Source of the DNA: Perkinsela sp. CCAP 1560/9
Lineage: Eukaryota; Protista; Euglenozoa: Kinetoplastea
NCBI GenBank assembly: GCA_965644495.1
Contig: CBFFSA010000003.1
Span: 1,054,001-1,118,000 of the forward strand
Direction of reading: 5' to 3'
DNA: 64,000 nucleotides
The notes under the pieces were generated by a model that saw only the letters and a program-made list of their open reading frames with translations, searched no databases and had not been told where the DNA came from. Of the stretch, positions 59,001 to 64,000 are shown in pieces (position 1 is the first letter of the stretch; each line of letters opens with the position of its first letter). A program made the translations under genes and the position numbers.

Positions 59001-60621
59001 TTCAACTTAGTGATGGAAACTGTACTACGATACCTCAAGCAATCGTGCCCCCGGTATGGCCTTGACTACCCAGATACTCCAAGGCATTTCCTGAAAGCCT
59101 ACGTTGACGACCTGACGATACTGACTAGCAGCGATACCGACATGCAGCACGCGACCAACACACTCGAAACTGCACTGAGACGAATAGGACTCTCAATCAA
59201 CGTAGACAAGAGCCGTACACAGTGCATGTCCATGCGTGAAGGCAGTGAGCACCCGGGGTACATGACCAGGAAGCCGAGACTCAGTATCGAAGGCAAAGCG
59301 ATACCACATATATGTGACCGTGGAAGCACTTTTCTTGGAATGACCATAGCACCAGGAGCACAGCAAGCGAAAGAACTTTTCAAAAAGCTGGATGTCAGAC
59401 TAAGAACATGGCTTCGGAATGTCGACGAGAGTGCACACAGTCTCCCCGAAAAACTTTGGATCTACAACAGAGCGATCGTATCCCGTCTGCGCTACGCCCT
59501 CACCGTTCACCTGTGTGTCACTTTCAACTTTGTATTGCGATTGCAGAAAAGAATTACACGTCACCTTAAGAAATGGATCAATGCAGCATCCACGACTTGC
59601 ACCGAAATTCTTTATACTGAACGAGGGTGGAACCTTAAGAGTTTATCCAAGCTGTGGTCGGAATGCTCTATCCTAGCCTTAACACAGATGCACAAGTCGC
59701 GGGACCCATCGATACAGGCGGCACTACGAGCCCGAATCAAGCAAGAAGAAGAAAAACGATCCTCTGGTTATATTCGTCCAAGCGCTGACGCCATTCAACA
59801 CCTTCATGACGCGCGGAAGGCGCAACAGATAGCCCGTGATCACCATGAATCTTACGTCATAAATCAGCTTCAGAGACGGGCACCGACAGCAGCAAAATGG
59901 TGGAGCCTCCCCTCCGAGGCTGATCTCGCGAAAGAGTTCTCAGCGGCCCTGAACAACCTCAACAGTGAAAAACTTTCTCGCTTCGCAGCTTCAGTACTAA
60001 CGCTTTCACCCCTACCATCCAGAACCAATCTTCGGCTTTGGGGTCTCCGGCGTGCGAGTGTAACGTCCCATATGTAAACTCGAACCTCAAACAAGGCACG
60101 TGCTCTCGGGGTGCAAAGAGTCCCTTCAGCAAGGGAGATACACCCTCCGTCATGACATGTTACTTGAAGAGCTCGGAAAACACTTGCTGCGTTCGCCGTA
60201 TACCAAGAGCGTACACCTAGATATCCCCGGATTTAGGAATGCCCCGGCATGGCTCGGCACCCGTGAGGACCTTCTTCGCCCCGACGGTTTGATTACACTT
60301 AAGGATGGAAGTGAGTTCATCATTGAGCTCACTGTGCCCTGGGAAGAGAACCAGTCTCAGGCGCACGAGGGCAAATCCCGTAAATATAATGCTCTCTTCC
60401 ATGAACGACGCATTAATCACCCTAGGACGACCCTTGTTGTATTCGAAGTGGGAGCCCGCGGCTCGTTACTCACATCTTGTCGAAACCTCAATCTCCTCTT
60501 TGACGAGGACACAAAGCTTGCGGAAAAATGTCGAGAAAGTCTAATGCAGACCGCCCTTCGAGGCAGTTTCATCATCTGGCAGAACCGCGAGTCTGCCGTT
60601 TGGACAGAAGGACGGGTATAA
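56044..60621 (+). mobile_element. RLE-type non-LTR retrotransposon (HERO/NeSL-like), near full length, three lesions
   Basis: RT: SAPGRD, WRPISL, QKGF, DLSNAFGSVPH, GVLQGDTLSP, AYVDDL; RLE: HVLSGC, GRYTLRHD, RPD, IELTVPWE, KY, EVGARG. Frameshifts near the N-terminus and at ~60055; TGA at 56706. Confidence 0.9.
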
Positions 60622-60729
60622 CGTCTGTAAAAGATAGGTCTGGGCAGCGTCATATGCGCCCCCCAGGCCTATCCGCATATTCTCTGCCTTATAAAGGTAT
60701 GATAAATTAAAAATGAGACAAGGCGCGAG

Positions 60730-61090
60730 AATAGGTGCTGTCAGCGTGACGTTCATCCATTCCTCTTTGCACCGTGTTATTTCGCCATAGCGACACGGTG
60801 AGTAGGGGTTTATGCCCCTGCCAAAGACCCCGCTTTTTTTTGGATGGTTCGGTGTATGGAACTGGAGCCCCATGGAACGAAGGAGAAGCGGTAGTTGCAG
60901 AACGAGCTCTTTGGGCCTATCGCCAACATTGGCCTTTCATGACAACTGCCTTATTAGAAATCGACGATACGAGTGTGCACCATGCTCTCTGGAAGGAGTG
61001 GGCAGAAACACCCTGCACAGCGCAGGTTTTAGTGCGTATACTTGAACTACTGGCAAAACAAGGAAATACAATGATTCCCACATACGTTGT
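60730..61090 (+). pseudogene. Decayed DIRS/VIPER/TATE-type RNase H fragment
   Basis: G..W, NEGEA...AL, IDDTSVHHAL.K, ..YV follow the order of the DIRS-type RNase H motifs (G.W, N.LE, DNTS, YV). Confidence 0.45.
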
Positions 61091-61203
61091 TGTTATTTTC
61101 TACTCCAGTTTCTTCACCCCATGTTGCAGCGGAGCCGCGGCCCCAAGGTTGAGACAGGGGGCGGGATAGGAATAGCATTGCGAGATAATCGGAAGGTAAA
61201 CTA

Positions 61204-61520
61204 CACCCCCTTTCATTAATAATGATAATTTAAAAAAGATTTTTACCTCGGACTGTGAAAATTACTCAAAAATTATCAGAAACTTTTCATTCCATCGTTA
61301 CTCCTCCATGTCAGCTCGAGGTTTTTTCCATAATCTCTTTAATGGCATACTAAATGGGTACGATTTAATCTTGTCTTTAATCTTGTCTTCCCTTCGTAGA
61401 CAAAGAATTGTCCTCCGTAGACAAAAAAATACTACGCAGATGTAAGTTTGTTTTTGATCACCCCTTATTGCGTTCATAAATAATGATAATGATGATAATA
61501 ATGATAATCTCAGAAAAAAT
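61204..61520. mobile_element. MITE family B copy (inverted relative to 5856-6140)
   Basis: See 5856-6140. Confidence 0.7.
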
Positions 61521-62418
61521 ATTATACCTACCCCACTGAACAACAACTCACTACCACTCACCGATCCATACGCACTCACGCCCATATGGTCCCAGACCTC
61601 CGCTCCCACCCGATTAGCAGTATTAGAAACTTTGGGTTGCTGTACGAGGGTGGGAGACTTGGAGGTCGCAAAAGGCAATGACGCCGTTACGCTGACACGG
61701 GGCGACCGACACGAGGGCAAGAGGAGGCGACGCACGAGCCTATCTGCCAGGACCTCTGCCCCCACCCCGTGAACAAGTATTGTATACCTTTGACTGCTCG
61801 CACGGGGGTGGGGGACGCTAGAGAGAAACACAGAGGGACAAGCGCACTGCGGAGGAAGGATGGGGTGGGGGGATGCGGTGCGGAGGGATGGTGGGACGAG
61901 AGATGATGGGGGGATGTCGACCAGATGGAGAGTGTTTGAGGGGGGCGCCCTCCCATGGCAGAGAAGATCGTGTAGGGAAGAAAGGGAGAAATAATTCAAC
62001 TTTTTTTTGCGTATACCGCGTGTCTTGTCCATTCACTTGAACCCTGCATGCGGAGCATTATGAGGCTGGAGAAATTTTCTTTACCCTTTTTGCAAAGAAA
62101 GGCTATTATACCTAGGGACACTTAAAGGGCTGAAACTGAGTAAAACAAACTCAGACAAATTTTGTGACGCCTTATTGGACACTTTCGTCAGATTCTTCGA
62201 TTTTTTCGATATTTTAGGTAGTTTCCTTATAAATATACAAAAATAATGTATATTATAACAATGGCATTATACACACATACAATAACAAGGCTCTACACTT
62301 TTCACCGTTTACTTTTGTGTTTTCCTGCAACCGATCCTAGAGATGGTCCTAGAGATGGTCCTCAGCCTAGTAGTCTCCGACCATAAAAGGATGCGACTCT
62401 CAAGCTTCCTTTGATTTA

Positions 62419-63186
62419 CAGGGGGTGGCGCAAAAATATGGGGGGCGTCAAAATTCTTATAAATTGTCCAATTTTGGAAAGTAGCACCGCATTCGAGAGC
62501 TCTCGCGGAGATATCCACATGTACGTGTCACCTGATACTGCGTTTCCCGTCTTTTTAATTTTTTAATTTCGGGACAAAAAAAAACGTTTTTGGAACTTGC
62601 AATTTTCTTCAGATTCTTCGATTTTTTCGATATTTTAGGTAGTTTCCTTCTATTTGTTTACCTTTCCGCCTCGCTATCTCGCAGAAACAGGATTAATCCA
62701 ATAGCAAGGGTGTACAGCACCGTGATCGGAATTGTTACAGAACTCGGGGACAGCTTAAAGTCACCCACCACATACTAAGGAAGTGCGAAGAAAATATTTG
62801 TGGGATAACTGATGCCCACAAAAGCTCATTATTCCCCACAAATCGGTCAGAGTTGCGATCGGCGATCGCATATGGGATTGAATTGTTGAAAGGAGAACAG
62901 AAAAAATCATTTTTAGACACTTTAAGGACAGTTCCAACTCGTATTAAGATTTCGTTAACAAAAAAATGGAGGACATTGTGGATATTAAATGAGGTATTTT
63001 TCAAATTTTGAAACTTGCAATTGGTGTTTTCAGCCCCTTTGGCATAGGGACCTACCCTCCTGAATACGGGAAACGCATTATCAGGTGACACGTATATCAG
63101 CGAGAGCTCTCGAATGCGGTACTACTTTTCAAAATTGGACAAGTTATAAAAATTTTGACCCCCCCATATTTTCGTGCCATCTCCTG
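62419..63186. mobile_element. Tc1/mariner-type non-autonomous element with ~120-130-bp TIRs
   Basis: TA-CAGGGGGTGGC...GCCATCTCCTG-TA; long imperfect inverted repeats including GCATTCGAGAGCTCTCGC and ACGTGTCACCTGATA. Confidence 0.85.
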
Positions 63187-64000
63187 TATGTGGAGAAGGA
63201 AGCGAAGTTCCCAGGAAGCACCCTTGAGAAGGCCGAAGAGCAAAAAGTGAATCAGCACGAAGAAATGGCTTCATCTCGCAGTAGGAATTTTTTTCCTTTG
63301 GTCTCTCTAGATATTGTACTGCTCTATCAAATCGCTATAGTATTGTAGCGTCTTACAGAAGAGTACATCTTTATGTAAAATATTATTACGAAATTTAGGC
63401 ACATTCCTTTCTAACGGGCACATAACTCAATGAAGAAAAACACTTTGCTTGGAAAATACTTTGCATGACACGAGATCCTTCACCTCCTTACCTCCCTTTC
63501 ACCCTCCTTCGCTTGTCACTTTCCTTCAATAACAGGTAACCTGAACTTAGAAAGCAAAGAAAAGGTCTCGAAGAAAATGGAAGTTCTACTCTACCGAATT
63601 TTTGGATTATCAGAAAAAAAACGTTTTTGAAAGTTTTATAGTAAAAAAATTCCTAAAACTTTAAAGTAACTTTCATCCCTTGAAACTCAAACTAGTCTAA
63701 AGTACAGTATTATATTTAATTACGGTATTATTTAATTACGCTTTTAAGGTTATTTTCGGCTAAAATTAATCTTAATTAAATTAACCGTAATATAATCCAC
63801 TCGTAAATTAATAATATTTTTTCCTTTTAAAAAAAAAGGTGTGAACCCCCCCTAGGAATTTTTGAACACACTTGAACAAATTTTTTTTCAACACACTTTT
63901 TGAGGAACTTTTAAGCACCCAAGCCATTGGATTCGTCTGTGATCATTTTACAAAGGTTTGTGTTTCGTATTAAAGTGAGGTCGATGGTGATAGACATGAA

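Noticed and set aside
61298-62036. 244-aa minus-strand ORF
   Set aside because: It spans the skew island and MITE B, has low complexity and shows no recognisable domain.

Overview
Eukaryotic nuclear DNA, most likely from a kinetoplastid. A Perkinsela/Prokinetoplastina-like lineage is inferred from the LRR family, a bromodomain-MRG protein, CRE and Merlin elements, and a spliced-leader-like motif. About 19 intronless host genes all lie on the minus strand, as in a polycistronic unit: PUS7 (runs off the left edge and is missing from the ORF track), ATXN2/PBP1, LRR, PRP38, pyrophosphatase, COG4, PSF2, eIF3k, ISWI, BCS1, a RanBP2 Zn-finger protein, bromodomain-MRG, PP4R1, DDB1, NOP4, ARF1, a frameshifted ZIP4/SPO22, di-ubiquitin and an orphan. 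Four transposon-rich islands interrupt or follow the gene run (about 4.8-7.6, 23.7-29.9, 44.8-49 and 50.7-64 kb). They contain CRE/SLACS-like retrotransposons, a HERO/NeSL-like RLE retrotransposon, Merlin-type elements, many TA-flanked MITEs and a bacterial-type IS30 transposase. The most notable observations are: (1) a spliced-leader-like sequence encoded in the DNA 33 nt upstream of the ATG of the RLE retrotransposon, whose protein also carries three Mer3/HFM1-type Zn-finger motifs; (2) an IS30 transposase nested inside Merlin TIRs; (3) recurrent GC-rich islands with a C-rich to G-rich skew switch; (4) a hairpin-ended repeat in fixed orientation just upstream of genes; (5) a candidate C/D snoRNA cluster. 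All calls come from reading motifs by eye; no searches were run.
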